From NCBI RefSeq assembly GCF_009914755.1, contig NC_060938.1: a stretch of DNA of 64,000 nucleotides. One strand, written 5' to 3'. Positions within the stretch are counted from its first letter, which is position 1, and each line of letters opens with the position of its first letter. This DNA comes from the human T2T-CHM13v2.0 reference genome, Homo sapiens. The notes under the pieces are model-generated. The model saw nothing but the letters and a program-made list of their open reading frames with translations, was not told the origin of the DNA and did no database searches. Of this stretch, positions 29,433-46,429 are shown piece by piece. Position numbers and translations under genes: made by a program.

Positions 29433-31341
29433 TAGTCTGTTACTTACATTGGCTTTAAAGTTGAGTTTAACTTGTCCAAAGACATTGTTATTTAAGCAGC
29501 AATATTATGATACAGCTTTGAAGGCAAAACTTAAAAAAGAACCCATGGATAGCCTTGGAACCATGGAAAGATTCTAACCCTGAGCTTCTAAATAGTATTG
29601 CATTTGTAGAACCAAAGACTAGCAGGGGATCAGCAAAGGCTGAGAGCAAGTGGTCTGTATGTCCTCATAATGAAAAGGAGCAGAACAGAACAACAGAGGT
29701 AAAGTGATTTTCTTGCTCCTCATTCAGGTAATCATTGGAGATTTGTTCAGCAATAATAGTCAACATAGAAATCTACAGTGTAGGCCAAATAGAGGATTTC
29801 TTGTTATCTTCTTTCTTCGTACTGTGGGATAGATAGCCCAGGATTCCTCCAAGTGTGGCAAGTGCACACCACTGCTAACGGCAGTTATTTTAAGTGATTC
29901 AGAGTTGAGTATTATTTTACTTTAATAATTATATATTGATGAATGTGAAAATATATAATTAGCACATCAAATCCATGGTTTCTTGGGTTATTATTGCTTA
30001 GGACAGGGCTTAGTAAAAAGTGTATCCATTTAAAGCAAAATACCAAGTAAATAAGAGCCTGACTGTACACAGATTTGTGACGATCTTGAAGGTGTTCATG
30101 CAGGACTGAAGTACGGGAAACCCCAGGGTGGGCGACTCTGGGTTCCACCTGGGGAATCTGTTCCGAAGACACCTTCCCATCTCTTTCTTGGGTTACAAGC
30201 AGTGGAGACACACTTGGGCTTGCATAGATGAAGACAAGTGTTTTTAAGGCACAGTCACAGAGGGACTCCACACAGAGGAGCAGGGTGGAGCGGGACTGTG
30301 GAGGCAGAAGGGTCCAGACTCCAGCAGCGTGAGTGACCCCTCTGTGTCCTCATCCACCCCGCCACTCCCAGTCTTTGCGTGTCATGCCCCTTCTTCCCCG
30401 CGCTTTACCGTGTAATTTCTCTGCATGCTCTTCTGCATTTACTCAGTAACATAATACAGTTAGCAGTTGTGGGACCTCCAGCAAGTATTGAACTGTTGAG
30501 TGGCTGTTCTTCATTTGGAAAATGGGAGTGATAACAGTTTCTCTCTCACAGGACAGTTGTGGATAGTCAGGGAGGTTGCAGTGTGAACACTAGGCACAGC
30601 ATCTGAAACGTGCTGGAATCAGTCATGTCCACACTGGCAGTGATTAGATCTGCCTGATTCTTCCCATGTTCCGTCTAGTGAGAAGTCGTCAGTAGCTTCA
30701 GTTTTCAGGAGGAAAACTTTGACTTGGTCAAAACTTTGTCCTTGATCAAGTTGTTTACTCTCACGCCAAGCCGCCCTGGAGTGTGGTCCAGGAAAAACAT
30801 GGGCGCCTAGGTCCGCCCCTCGGCCAGCCGTGGCCAGAGGTCACTGGTGCTGCTGTTCACATGGCCGGTGTCAGGGTTTTAATTCGAGGTGGAGCTTCCC
30901 AGCCGTTCTGGTAATGAGGAGTCTTGCCTGATATGTCTTGGCCAGCTCTGATTGGTCAAATGTTTGAAGAAGATAGGGTTACCAAAGATTCCTAGACTCT
31001 CCAAGTTTGGCAGAAGTTGTTAGAGGATCACACAGTTACCTAAAATGATTGGTTTAATTATATGGTTTGATCATTCTTCAGAAACCACCACCTTGGGTAA
31101 ACCATTGTTCTTAATTTTCCCTTCATTTTTTGCTCTCATTGTCTGGCCCCAAAGACACACCCCCTTGCGATTTTGTAAAGGATGCATTTCATTGAGAGGA
31201 CACAGTATGAGGGAGCAGCACATGGACCTAAACTTGACTTCCACCACCCCCAGCCAGATGAATTGCTGAGTCAGTTCACTGTTCCAAAACTGTTTTCTCA
31301 AGGCATTATGGTAACAGGCCATGTGAAATTCCCTAACATGA

Positions 31342-31692
<351 letters not shown>

Positions 31693-33887
31693 TGAATCAG
31701 TTTTGACATTGTCTCTTCCTCTGGGTGGCAAATGTGATCCATTCAAGACAGATTATATCCCATGTGAAGAGTCACCCTGAGAATTTGAGCAGGGTGTGCT
31801 GTGTGGTTACTTGGACTCCAGACCCTTGTCTGCAGAACTGGTGGGACCTTGACTGGGTCCGGTTCTCCTGTCTGCACATGCAGGCCATGGAGGTGCTGAG
31901 GTTGCAGCAGTGACGGCAGCACTGAGGGTCAGCTTCAGGGGGACCCTCTTCAAGCCAAACAAAAAGTCTTCTCAAAAAATGGAACTAAAGATGGTCCCTT
32001 GATGTGGCGTCTCAGTACGGCTGCTGAGGTATCTCACAAGGCCACCAGCAAGTTAATCTAAGGAGGCATTTTCCTCTTGTGATCAGGCAGCTGTTCCAGC
32101 AGAAATGGCTCAAGGAGAAATTCTCCTCCCAGATTCAGTGTCTGGTGGGTGAAACTTCACTGGTGCGTTGCCAGCCCTGGCCTCCAAATCTCTTTAAATT
32201 ATGAGGTCATAGAATGCATGCTTAAAGCCCCAGGCCTGTCAAGTCGCTTGGGGACATTCATACTGAGGATTTATTAAGATATTAATTTGGTTATCAGGAG
32301 TCTGGATGGGGATGAGAGGAGGGGATCTTTATTACATGCTGGGAAAATCAGAAATCAACTCTAATTGACTACCTCTACTCTTTCCTCTCCCAAGATGACT
32401 TTGCCAAAAAGCTGTGAGAAAAAGTCCTCAAATCTCAGAGATTGACTTGGTACTTGATTATATCCAGCTCGCTGGTGGGCCTGTGGCCACAGAGCCTCAG
32501 AAGAAGGTTAGAAGGTCTGGCCAGACTTTAGCTTTGCTCCACCTACTTGGCAGGGTCAAGCCTACTTGCCAGTGGCTTGGAGAAGTGTTTTGTTTTGTTT
32601 TGTTTACTTTTTAGGAGTGTATTCAAAGCACATTCACAGTAAGGAAAAAAAAAATGCAGCCTGTGTCTTCAGGGACTGGGAGTCTCTGATTCCAGCACAG
32701 CCGACTGTCCAGCAACCCCAGAATTGGTAGGCTGGACACTGGGCTGCTCCTCATGGCGGTGGGAGCATGGGCTGCTCAGCTGGGGCCATCCAAGGAAGCA
32801 AAGATGTGGTGCTGTCCTGTGGCTGGGGGAGCAGGATGAATTGGGATAAGGGAAGCCCAGGGCAGGGTGTTGGCACAGAGCTGGGAGGTGCATTACACCG
32901 AGGAACTGACGTGGCCTAAACTCCACAGTGACTTCCACCTGGGATCACAGTTTACAGTCAGCTGAGTGCTCAAGAGAACTCAGTAGAGGGGAATGTTGAT
33001 GATTCAGGTATTTGGTTGGTGATCATGTTATCAAGTCAGACTTGCAGTTAAGGTAGTGTCCCAGACGTTTGTTCAGAGGGCTCCTTCCCACTTGTCATCT
33101 GTAATACTGGCTAATGGGAAACCTGGCCCATGTCAAATTTGTATTAGGAACCATTGATTTCAATTCACGGGCTTTTTCCATTGAGGAATTTAAAGGTCTT
33201 AGAAGTAATATTCTTGTTAAGGCATCTGAGGTCTCCCGGGGGACAGACACAGTCTTCATCTTGAGCAGGAACGGTGAGACCACTCTTCTCCCTGTAAGGG
33301 ACCAGTAGCATGTGTGGGACCACGCCGCCTGCACAGCCGTCCCCTCACGGGGTGCCTCTTGCCCTTGCAGATCACCAGGTGCTCCGAGCTGCCCTGCCTG
33401 GGCTCAGGCATCAGCACGGTCCCATCTGAGCGTCGCCTTAACCTCTCTGTAGACCTCTGTCCTTGTCTATCTAATGGGGATGATGGTAGCCCCTCTGTGT
33501 GTTCTTACTAGGATTAGTGGGCTGGGAAAAGTTACAGTAATATATTACCAGCATGTAGAAAATACCCAATAATGATGAACTATTAGTATTCCTTAAAAGA
33601 ATTAAAAGTGAAAATAGTAGGAAACACTAGTAAGATAAAATACAATGGGAAATTAAATTTTTTTAATTACTTAAGGAAATTCCTCAATCCACAAGCAACA
33701 ATAAATAAGAAACTGAGATTTCCTAGCAGCTGAAAGGTTTTTTTTTTTGCAGTTGAGGCTGTGAAGCTGGGCAGGGTTTCAGCTGAGCTGAGGTTGGAAG
33801 TCCCTGACCTTCAGCTGTGGCCGCCTACGGAGCAGCAGGGAGAGCAAACCCATGGAGAACCCCGCGGCCCCCAAAGCATGGACGGAG

Positions 33888-33975
33888 CTGCCAGCCTTCT
33901 CCCCTGCCCTTCTTCCTCTACTCCCGACCTGCCAGCCTTCTCCCCTGCCCTTCTGCCTCTACTCCCGACCTGCCA
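33888..33975. repeat. 41-bp tandem duplication
   Basis: CTGCCAGCCTTCTCCCCTGCCCTTCT(T/G)CCTCTACTCCCGAC x2 plus a partial third copy. Confidence 0.9.
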
Positions 33976-34705
33976 ACCTTAGCCTAAAATCAGAGCTGCT
34001 AGAATCACACACACTGTCGTAGCTGGTTTTGTATTGTAAATGAGTCATTCTGTTATTTTGGAAACTTATGTCTCATGCCAGGATCTGCAGATAGTTCTTT
34101 TTCAAAATATTGTTTAGACAAAATAAATTTCTTTAAATATAATATCTCTACTTTAAATGCCTGGGGTGTTGCATGCATTTTTCTAGGCTAGCAAAGCTTA
34201 AAGATTATTTCTATAATTTCAGTTACATTTACCTTTATAGATGGGTTACTCTAAGTAACAAATTAAACACACATGGATCTTCTAACTTTGGCTTTAAATC
34301 CTAAGAAGAGATAGGTAATATATAAAAGAGTATTAAAAAGAAATGGAGAGTAAAGGTATATGTCGGGCAGATGCAGTAGAAAAGCAAGGGTCATGACGTC
34401 AATGCTGGGCAAAGCTAAATTGTGAAGACAAAACAATAATGAAACAGGGTTATTCATCACGCTAAAGCGTACAGTCCATAGGATGATATAACTACCATGA
34501 ATTTGGCCTAAATGATTGAACATTGAAACACATAAAGCGAGAACTGTAGGGGATTAAAGACAAAATCAGTGAGTGCAGTGCTGGTGGGAGAGGCGCCTGG
34601 ACTTCTTGGCCCCTCACAGGTCATGTGGTAGACATAAGTTGTTATTACTGTGAGCCAGTAGAGACTTTCAGGTTTGATGGCTGGAAAACAAATGCTCATT
34701 TTATA

Positions 34706-35085
<380 letters not shown>

Positions 35086-36341
35086 TGATTTCCAAAAATT
35101 TGAAATAATTAGAAACCTTATTCTCACATTATAATGCAATAAAAATAGAAATAAACACACAGGCGGAAACCAGGCATCCCTGGGAGTCCCTTGGGGCAGA
35201 GAAGAGCTTCGTCGCTCAAGCAAAACTTCCATGGAGGCGAGGACTGTGGGCTTTGTTGGAAGCTTTATCTCCAACCTCTAGAACACGAGCACTAAGTAGA
35301 TTCTGAACAAATCTTATTAAATGAATAAGAGCTAATAATCCTAATAAATATGTTGAAAGCACTATTCTAAGCATGTACATTTATTATGTCACTCACTCCT
35401 CACAGTCCCTGTTCGAAGGAGGTGCTGTCCTCATCCGCATTTCACAGATGGGGGAATGGGAAGGGTAGGCTCAGTCACTTGCCCCAGAATTGACAGCTGG
35501 CAAGTGGGAGACTGAGATTCAGGCTGGGCTGTCGGACTTGGCCGTGTTCTCATGTGCAGAACCACCATTGCCTCCAAATTAATGAAAAAATGAGATAAGG
35601 TAATGGCTTAGAGTTAATGTGTAAAGATTGTTATTAAATAAGAATCAAAAGAAGTGATTTAAACACTAAAGAGGTAGCAAAGAACCAAAGTAAGTTGAAG
35701 AATTACTGTGTTCTTTAAAGACAAAAGCAGAAATGAATCAACTAAGAAAAAGAGAGAATGAAACCAAAGAACAGGTTTTGGAAGGGGGCAGACAGCGATG
35801 AAGCGGGGAGAGTAAAGACAAGTAGACCTGGAGCCGGTGTGGTGGAAAAAGGAGAGAAATCATAGCGTGTAAGAAGTAGTAATCGTCGAAGGAAGGTGAA
35901 TGCAAGCGTCTTGTGAATCTGAAAATGGCATTTTGTAAAATTCACTTTCCATTCCTGATTTGTAGTTTGTTTGCTTATTTGTTAACTTTCTTAAATAATT
36001 TCAAAAGCATGGAAAAGTTGCAAGAATGATATAAAGAATTTAATCAAAATTTCACCCATTTGTCAATATTTTGCCACATTTGCTGCACATTTCTCTCATA
36101 TGCTCTATATGTTGTAACGAGCAGGCGGTCTTCCCAGCCCCTCCTTTACCTTCAGGGCCCTGGCCTCACTTCTTGTCCCCCTCGCCCCAGGAGGCTGTGA
36201 AAAGCAAAGCACTGTGCCTCCCAGGCACATGATCTTCTCAGAAAGGAGGAGCCCCAGGGAAGGAGGAGGCAGCCCCTGGCACACAGCCTATCCTTTGAGG
36301 GTTGTGTTGTCCTTTCTTCTTGGTTGTATAAATCTTCACTA

Positions 36342-37052
<711 letters not shown>

Positions 37053-40000
37053 CTACTCCACAGGCACCTGTGGACACCCTGACCTGAGCTGGTGAGGCTT
37101 CACCAGTGCACGCCTGGCTGCTTCCCTGCCTGCCCTCCGGCCCTGTGATCCCATGTCCTGGAAAGTGTAAACTCTTTACAAAATTCCCTGTCGTTTTAGT
37201 GAGGTTTCAGAAGAGAGTAGACTCAGATAAATGTATTCCATCCTCCATCTGTAATCATAAAGTAAAACATTATTTGTGATGTAATGCTTTTAAAGAACAC
37301 CATGAGAACCCTGACTTGATTTATTGAATCGTAGCACACATGTCCAGTGAAATTTCAAACAGTTGACAATGGCATTACCTATTTGTTGGCATGTGAGACA
37401 TGCTGGACACGGGGGTGTGGGTAGAGAACAGAGGAGCCCATGAAGCCTGGCTCTCAGTGGTGCGCTCGTCCGCACACACTCGGAGATGCCAGCAGTGTTC
37501 TCTCTGGGTTGGCCTTTCCTGTGTTGTTTGGATTTTTTTTTTTCTATTTTACAGTGAGCATGTATTATTTTTCTGAAAAGAAAATTCTTCAAAAATAAGT
37601 TATACATGTTTACATATCACATTAGCCATTGAATACTAAGTTGTTTCATGTAAAGACCAGTGGTCACTATACACAGAGCGAAAGATTTCATTTATAGGTT
37701 TTTATATGGTCCTTCTTGTAGTGCCCACCTTGTACCTTATTTTCCTGGATTAAAAAACATACATATCACATTATTCTTTTCTCTGTTCCTGTTTAGAGAC
37801 CCTGTTGTATTTTCATTTTTTCCCCCTCTCTGGGATTTGCTGCTGGCACTCAAGTTCCTGAAAGAAGCATTCTCTCATAGTCTCAAAAGAGTCAGAAAGA
37901 ACCTCATTTTTCAGGTGTAGAAACTGAGGCCCAAAAAGGTCAAGCAGCTGGTCACGGCTAGTTAATAGCAGCCAGCGTCTCTTGCCTTTTTCGTCCGCTT
38001 GCTGCTTTCTGGTTTTTATCTTCTTACCCATGTGAGCTTCCAGCACCACCTGCTCCCCCCACCACCAAAAAAAAAAAAAAAAAAAAAAAAAAAGCTCCAC
38101 TCCACCGGTCTTTTATAACCTATCAAACTTTAAGGATATTTTTCCATTCAAATCTAGTTATGCCACAGATTGATAATACTAAGATGTTTGTGAACTCACC
38201 AAACAGATTGGCCCCCCCATGACCTAGTGGGTACATCTGTAGTAATTGGATTTGGGGTTCATTCAGCCTCTTTCAACCAACATTTAAGTAGTTCCTATTG
38301 CACTGCCCTGTTACAAGATCAAGAACAGCAAAGCACTATTGCTGTGCTGTTTATCAGGGCATATGCATAATTGTGTTATGCAGAACCAGACATTGTCAAA
38401 TTGAGATTCCGCCTTTCATTTGGTACAAATTTAGTTGCTGAGTGCAGTGCATTAGAGGCCTGCTTGGACATGCCTGGAGAGGATGAAAATGTTGCTTCCG
38501 TTGGTTGCTTCCATTAGTTGCTTCTGTTACCATCAGGAGAGTAACAAGATTGAGTTATAGATGCTGGTAAGTCACTTGATACATCATTAACAAAAAACAA
38601 AAACAACATTTATTGAGGACATGCTATATTTCAGGGATTTTTCTAAGCACTGTACATCTCTTAATTCACATCAACCCCAGTAAAGACAATATTCCCATTT
38701 TCCAGTTGAGAAAACTGAGGCCCAAAGAGATCGTTTTCTGCCCAGGGTCACTAAGGTAGTCAGAGGTGGAGTTGGGACTCCAGCTGGGCTTTCTGCCTGA
38801 GTTCTTAACACCTTTGTTTTACTGCTGCTTCCTGTCTTCGAGGCTTTACAGATATTTGCTAAATGAAGGATTCAGAGTTAGAAATGAAGGGGGCGACTGT
38901 GCCTAGTAATGGCCTCAGAGTGCTGTGCCTTGAGTGTTTTTAGTTTAGCTATAAAACTTGGACCATAGGGAGCAAGTCCTAGGAAGTACTGTGTACAGAA
39001 AAGTAGACTCTAGAGGACAGCCTGTGGAGGTTTCCCCAAATGCCACCACCTCTCAGATCACCCAACTGAGCTTCCACATTGAAAGACACAGGGCCGGCTC
39101 GTTCCGTGTCCAGACAGACACTTTCACTCTGTGCCTCCGGAGATGAGGCTCCCTGCTGAGCGGTCAGTCCTCACCTGAGGAGGTGGGGCGAGGAAAGGGG
39201 GTTGCCCACGGTCACTGTGGTGTTGGTGTTCTTTTTGAAACGAAACCTTCCAGTCGCAGACACAAAAGCCGTAGAGAGTAAGGCAGAGGATCGGCCATGC
39301 TTCTGGGAGGCAGGGGAGGGGAGCACCTGTCAAAGGGGACCCTTTGAGGCCAACTGGGGCAGTGGGGCCAGGTCAGGGAGCAGGGCTCCAGGGCCAGGTG
39401 GACAGCCAGGAGGCTGGAGTCGTGCAGTCCCTCACAGGCTGCCCTAGGCTTAGTCTGGAAGGTGGGGAGCGCCTCCTCCTTCAGAGACCACTGAGCTCTC
39501 AGCTCCCCATGGAGCTTCTTGGCACCTGATTTCTAGTGCCACCTTTTGCGGCTCCTGTGGAGAGTCCAGCTCACGGAGGCCCCCCAGAGCCCTCGTTATA
39601 CCTGCAGGTTCCCCCCACCAAACCCTGCTGTGTCAGGAAAACAGAAGTTCAGTGGCAGCGCAGACTTATGGGTAGAGAAGGGTCCCCTGTCTTTCAACAC
39701 TTACCCAAACACTAGAATGTTACTCATTTCCATGAATAATAAAAATATCAAATCTTTAGGTGACGTATCTTCTCCAGTGGAAAAATGAACCTTTTAGCTG
39801 GTAAACCTCTTGAATAACCGGCCAGCCATATTACAGTCGTGTTACTTAGGGAGTGTGATATGATGGGCCCTTTGAGAAAGCGATCGAAAGCCAAGGTTTC
39901 CGGGTGCAGCCTGCCCCCTCAAGTCCCCACTGAAACAGGAGGAGAGGGCAGGAGCGCCCGTGGGCTCTCAGTGGCTACGTTGCTTGTTGGTTTGCTTTCC

Positions 40001-40332
40001 TGCCTGGTGAGCGGCCACTGGAGCATCCTGAGGAAAGGGGAGTGAGGAGCAAGCTGGGGTTCGGCCCCAACCGGGGTGCTCTGCGTGCACTCATCAGGGT
40101 CCCCACCCAGGTGTGCTGGTGACAGGCATGAGGGTACTGTACTGGGGAGCTGTGAGTCACCACCTGAGGGGCGCCTGCTTCTATCCCAGAATCATCCTCC
40201 AGGTCATGCATCTATGTCCAGCCCTTCCCAGGTGTGGTCAGTCCCCTGAGAGCAGCGTGGCCGTGGTGCCTGCTCACACCTGGCATGGGTAGACCAGCCT
40301 TAGCTCGGGAGGGCATGGATGGGAGTGATGTG

Positions 40333-41708
<1,376 letters not shown>

Positions 41709-44700
41709 GTTTTTGGTGTTTTTTTTGTTTTTTTTTTTTTTTTGAGTTGATGGCCAGGTGAGGTGGAGGCCAGAACGCAAAGTAGGTTAATACCAATACC
41801 AGGTAACTAATTCGAATCTTAGAGAGTGGAACGGTGGGTATTTGACAAGTTCGAGGAGGCTGGCAGCTTGCGGGAGGGGCCGGAGCGGTCTGGCACTGGT
41901 TTCTCTCTGTCTCACCTCCCCAGAGATTGGACACACACGTGCACACAGTTCTGATATCGTGGTTTCTGGCACGTGACATGGTACCCGTGTTGCTCTGTGG
42001 CCCTGATCCCCCGGCTGCCCCTGCAAGGCTGGAGCTCCGGCAGCACCGCAGGGCCCGGTAGGTCCTGGCACACAGGCCGCATGCTCATTGGGTTGTGTCT
42101 GTCACCGACCCTCCCTGCTGTCATCCCCGGGCTGGACGTCATTTGAAGGAAGAGCCAAGTTTCAGCAAGAGTTCGTGTCTAGAAGGAAGCACTTGAACCT
42201 CCTCTGTCTGAGACATGGAGAAAGGAAGTAGAGAACATAAAAAGGGCCTGGAAAAGTGTGTGTATTTTCAGTGTATCTTTTTCACACCTCTACACTGCTT
42301 TGTCTGCTGGTAAACATATTGAAGGTTCTGGAATCAATTTCAAGATGGAATTGAAAAGAACTTATTACATCTTCTTGTCAAATGTTAAGAGCTGTTACTT
42401 TTCCTGAGACAGTACCTGCCTTTGTTCTTTGGATAAATGAGCTACTGCATTGTTGGAGCTTCTTGTCACCAGGTGCAGTAATATTGTTAACATTCAGTAT
42501 TTCACCAGTCATGCTAGTGAAAGTGGAAGATGAAGCGATAACGGGCTGCACGAAGGGTGTTGAGCATTTAGTAATCAGTGCCCTGGGTGCCTGTTCTCCC
42601 CAAGGCTTTCTAGAACTAGAGTCCTATATGGGAAATATGGCCTGTATCTGGAAATAATGCTGTGCTGGATTTATATCTTTATCCCTAGGAGTTTGTTTGA
42701 CCTGTCTCAACCTTTCCCTGTTTAAAAAAAAAAAAAAATTGAATCTTCCAATTCAGCTAACACCGTTGAATTCCTCTTGTTGCCTGCAGCCGGAGTGAAG
42801 GTTCATTCTGAATGTGCATGTGTGTCCACAGGAGATTTTACAGCTGAGGAACCTGAGGCTGAGAATAATTTCATGACTTTACCATGTTCTGATTTGGCAG
42901 AGTCTGAACCGGGAGTCAGTTTGTTCTTCCATATGACTCCCTTTACTGAAAAATTCACTGAAGAGCTTTTCCGAGGAAAGCAGCCTCTCCTGGCCTTTGC
43001 CTATTTCAGCCTGACTTCTCTCCATCCGGGGCGCCTCTCCACTCCACTCCACCCCACCCTTCCCCACCCATTCCCTGGTAGAAGCTGCCAGTCTTCATGG
43101 GCGGAAAGCATGAATGAACTAGAATTTAGCTTCAACCACTGCCTTTTGAAATGAAAAATATCTGCCTTATTAAATTATACTGTTAATTTCATGAGAAAGG
43201 GATGATGGGGTTGGTGGTAGAAAGTTGTGGGGGAAGTGAATACTACCCCTTTCTTCATATGCAAATAAAACCAGGCTAACAAATCAGAAAAACCCAAAGG
43301 GTTTAAGGTAGGAGCAGCTCAGGTTTGTGAGGGAACCCCAGCTTGGTCCTGGGGTTAGCAGATCTTCCTCTCCAGGAAAGATAATGTAACCTTGGTACAT
43401 GTGTACAACAAAGCTGGATAAACCACAGCATTGGAACGTTATGGTGGACTGTGAGCCATGGGTTGTCTCTATCCAAACATGTAAACGAGTGTCAGTGTAG
43501 AAACTGCAGACCAGCCCCACGTTACCAAATTTATACCCAAATGAAGTGTACCTGGCGGTACTGTTCATTTTGCCCGAAATCCACCCACACGGAGTGGAAA
43601 GATGGTTTCAGCATCCCTGGTGACAGGAAGGGCTGTGCACCACCTCTCCGGGTTTCTCATGGAGCCCCGCCAAACAGACCTAGCTACAGGCAGCCACATG
43701 CTGGAACCGGGAACACTTAGAGTGGGCACATTGAAGCCAGCTTGCTTCAACTCCTTCACATTGGGTGGTACAGACAGACCCGGAGGGAGGCGGGGACATT
43801 GGCTACATTTGAATGAAATAACATCCATTTAGAAACCTGAGCAGAGGCACATGTGTGCAGGGAAGCTAAGATACCATATCTCATCACACCTAAGGCACTG
43901 TTCATTGTAGTCCAAACCATTTTTAAAGAATTACCAAAAAAAGAAAAAGGAAAGTGAAAGATGTAACTTGATTTTAGAGACATTAATATGAAAAATGTAT
44001 GTATTAGAATGGATAAAATAAGACACTTGCACTTTGAAATTAAGAAGGATTTATTGTAAATTTCAGAAGTCATCTACCGAGTTACAAACAGTACGAGAAG
44101 ATTAACCCAATTTTGAAGTTATGTAGGTGCTAAGGGTCAGGGTAGAAGTTAGTCTTGACATTTTGTAGATATATAGAAGTATTTCATTGTTATGTTTATT
44201 GAGCTTTCAAGTTGTAGAAGCTTGGATTTATAGAGTAAGAGATCCTTGTTACCAAAAATGAGGGCTGGCAGGCCTGTACCGGGGAAGGCAGAGCTTGTGT
44301 GTCGGGTTTGCCTGGAAGAGGGCTGAGGGCTGGGTTCATGGGCTGTAGCTAAGGGCCTTCTCTTCTGAAGGAGAACTGCCTACCTCTGGCTTCTTGGTTT
44401 CAGTTCACCCATGTCTCTCCTGAACAGAGATCAAGTTGGATCGCTCATCTGCTTAAAAATCCTCTGATTCAAATCTCTCTTCCCACAGAACTTTTTAGAT
44501 TTTTCTATCAAAGCACCTCTGACTGCAGAGATTCCACAGAAGAGAAATGCCTACTAAGAGCAGTTTCTTTGAAGACCTGAGTTTTATCTTAAAAGTTTAT
44601 GTAGATGTTGCATTCTACTCTGATACAGGTGGCGTTATTTTGATATAAATATATTTCAAACGGTACCTCTCAGTTAAATTACCTGAGTTTGTTTTCCTCA

Positions 44701-45163
44701 GATGGATCTGTTCATTCAGCAGACATCTGTGGTCCCACTATGTGCTGGCCAGTTTTAGATGCTGAGGATAAAAATGGTAAAAAGACAAAGTTCTCCTCTG
44801 AGAAAATTTATAATTAAGCATCCAGTATGATTAATGTAGGGTATATAAATTATTATCAATTGTTCTCGTTTTGAAGATACTGTCTTTTGAGGAAAATTGA
44901 TTTTCCAGGAGAATGCAGCCTGATTAATATCTCCTGTAACTTCAGGCCCCTGTGATTGACAAGTGAGTGCCTCTAGACAGTCTCCCCATTTAGTGCAGCC
45001 TTCAGTGCCTTCCCAGCAACTGCAGCCTCTCCTCAGCTGTGGTTCCTGTTCTCCCTGAGCCTTCATCCGCATGTCTCCCAGCAGAATTCATCACCTCCCA
45101 TATTCTGGTAGTTTTCTTTTAGATCAGATACTGTCTTTTAATGTATCTATCATCAGTGCCTAG

Positions 45164-45571
<408 letters not shown>

Positions 45572-45835
45572 TGAGACTTTAGTTCTTATATCCCAATTGC
45601 TCCCCACCCATGCTTTAGATCTGATAAGCATGTCATACCACAGTTTTTATTTTATCCATTTGCAAGCATAATTACTGATCTTTCTTTTAAGAGAGAATCT
45701 TTATATAAATAGAAAAAAATTAGAGATCACCTAGATCCTTATCTTAATTGGGAAAGTTTTTCAATCAAAAAATTAGAAGCTTAAATTCTTCAGCATGACA
45801 CACTATGTAGAGGAACGTTAGAAAGTGTGTTGGGG

Positions 45836-46150
45836 GGCCGGGCGTGGTGGCTTATACCTGTAATCCCAGCACTTTGGGAGGCCAAGGCAGGCGGATCACA
45901 AGGTCAGGGGTTCGAGACCAGCCTGGCCAATGTGGTGAAACCCCATCTCTACTAAAAATACAAAAATTAGCCAGGCGTGGTGGCGAGCACCTATAGTCCC
46001 AGCTACTCAGGAGGCTGAGGCAGGAGAATCGCTTGAACCCAGGAGGCGGAGGTTGCAGTAAGCCGAGAGCCAAGATCACGCCACTGCACTCCAGCCTGGG
46101 CAACAGAGCGAGACTCTGTCTCAAAAAAAAAAAAGAAAGAAAGAAAGAAA
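45836..46150 (+). mobile_element. AluS-like
   Basis: Alu consensus, (GAAA)n tail. Confidence 0.92.
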
Positions 46151-46429
46151 CTGTTGGGATTTCGTGAGTGCGAGTATGTCTTCTGGTCTCAGGTAGATCC
46201 AGGTGAGTTTAGAGGTCGTCGGTGTTGACGCATCTAAAACCACGCAGGAAACGGCTGACAATCGTGCAGCCGAATGTACCCCTGGAGCAGCCCAGGGACA
46301 CCCCGATTGGCAACAGCGGGAGTTGGGAGAAGAGAGGGAGGCCAGAGGGTGGGTGTGTGGAAGGAGACTCACGTCTCACTAGGTTCTTTCCATTTTCATT
46401 TTTTAGCCATATGCATGTATCTTTAGCCT

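Noticed and set aside
41709-41743. T-rich tract as poly-A tail of a second retrogene fused to NPM1
   Set aside because: Better explained as an expanded T-rich target-site duplication (GTGT-T-run at both ends of the pseudogene); adjacent sequence not recognisable as an mRNA
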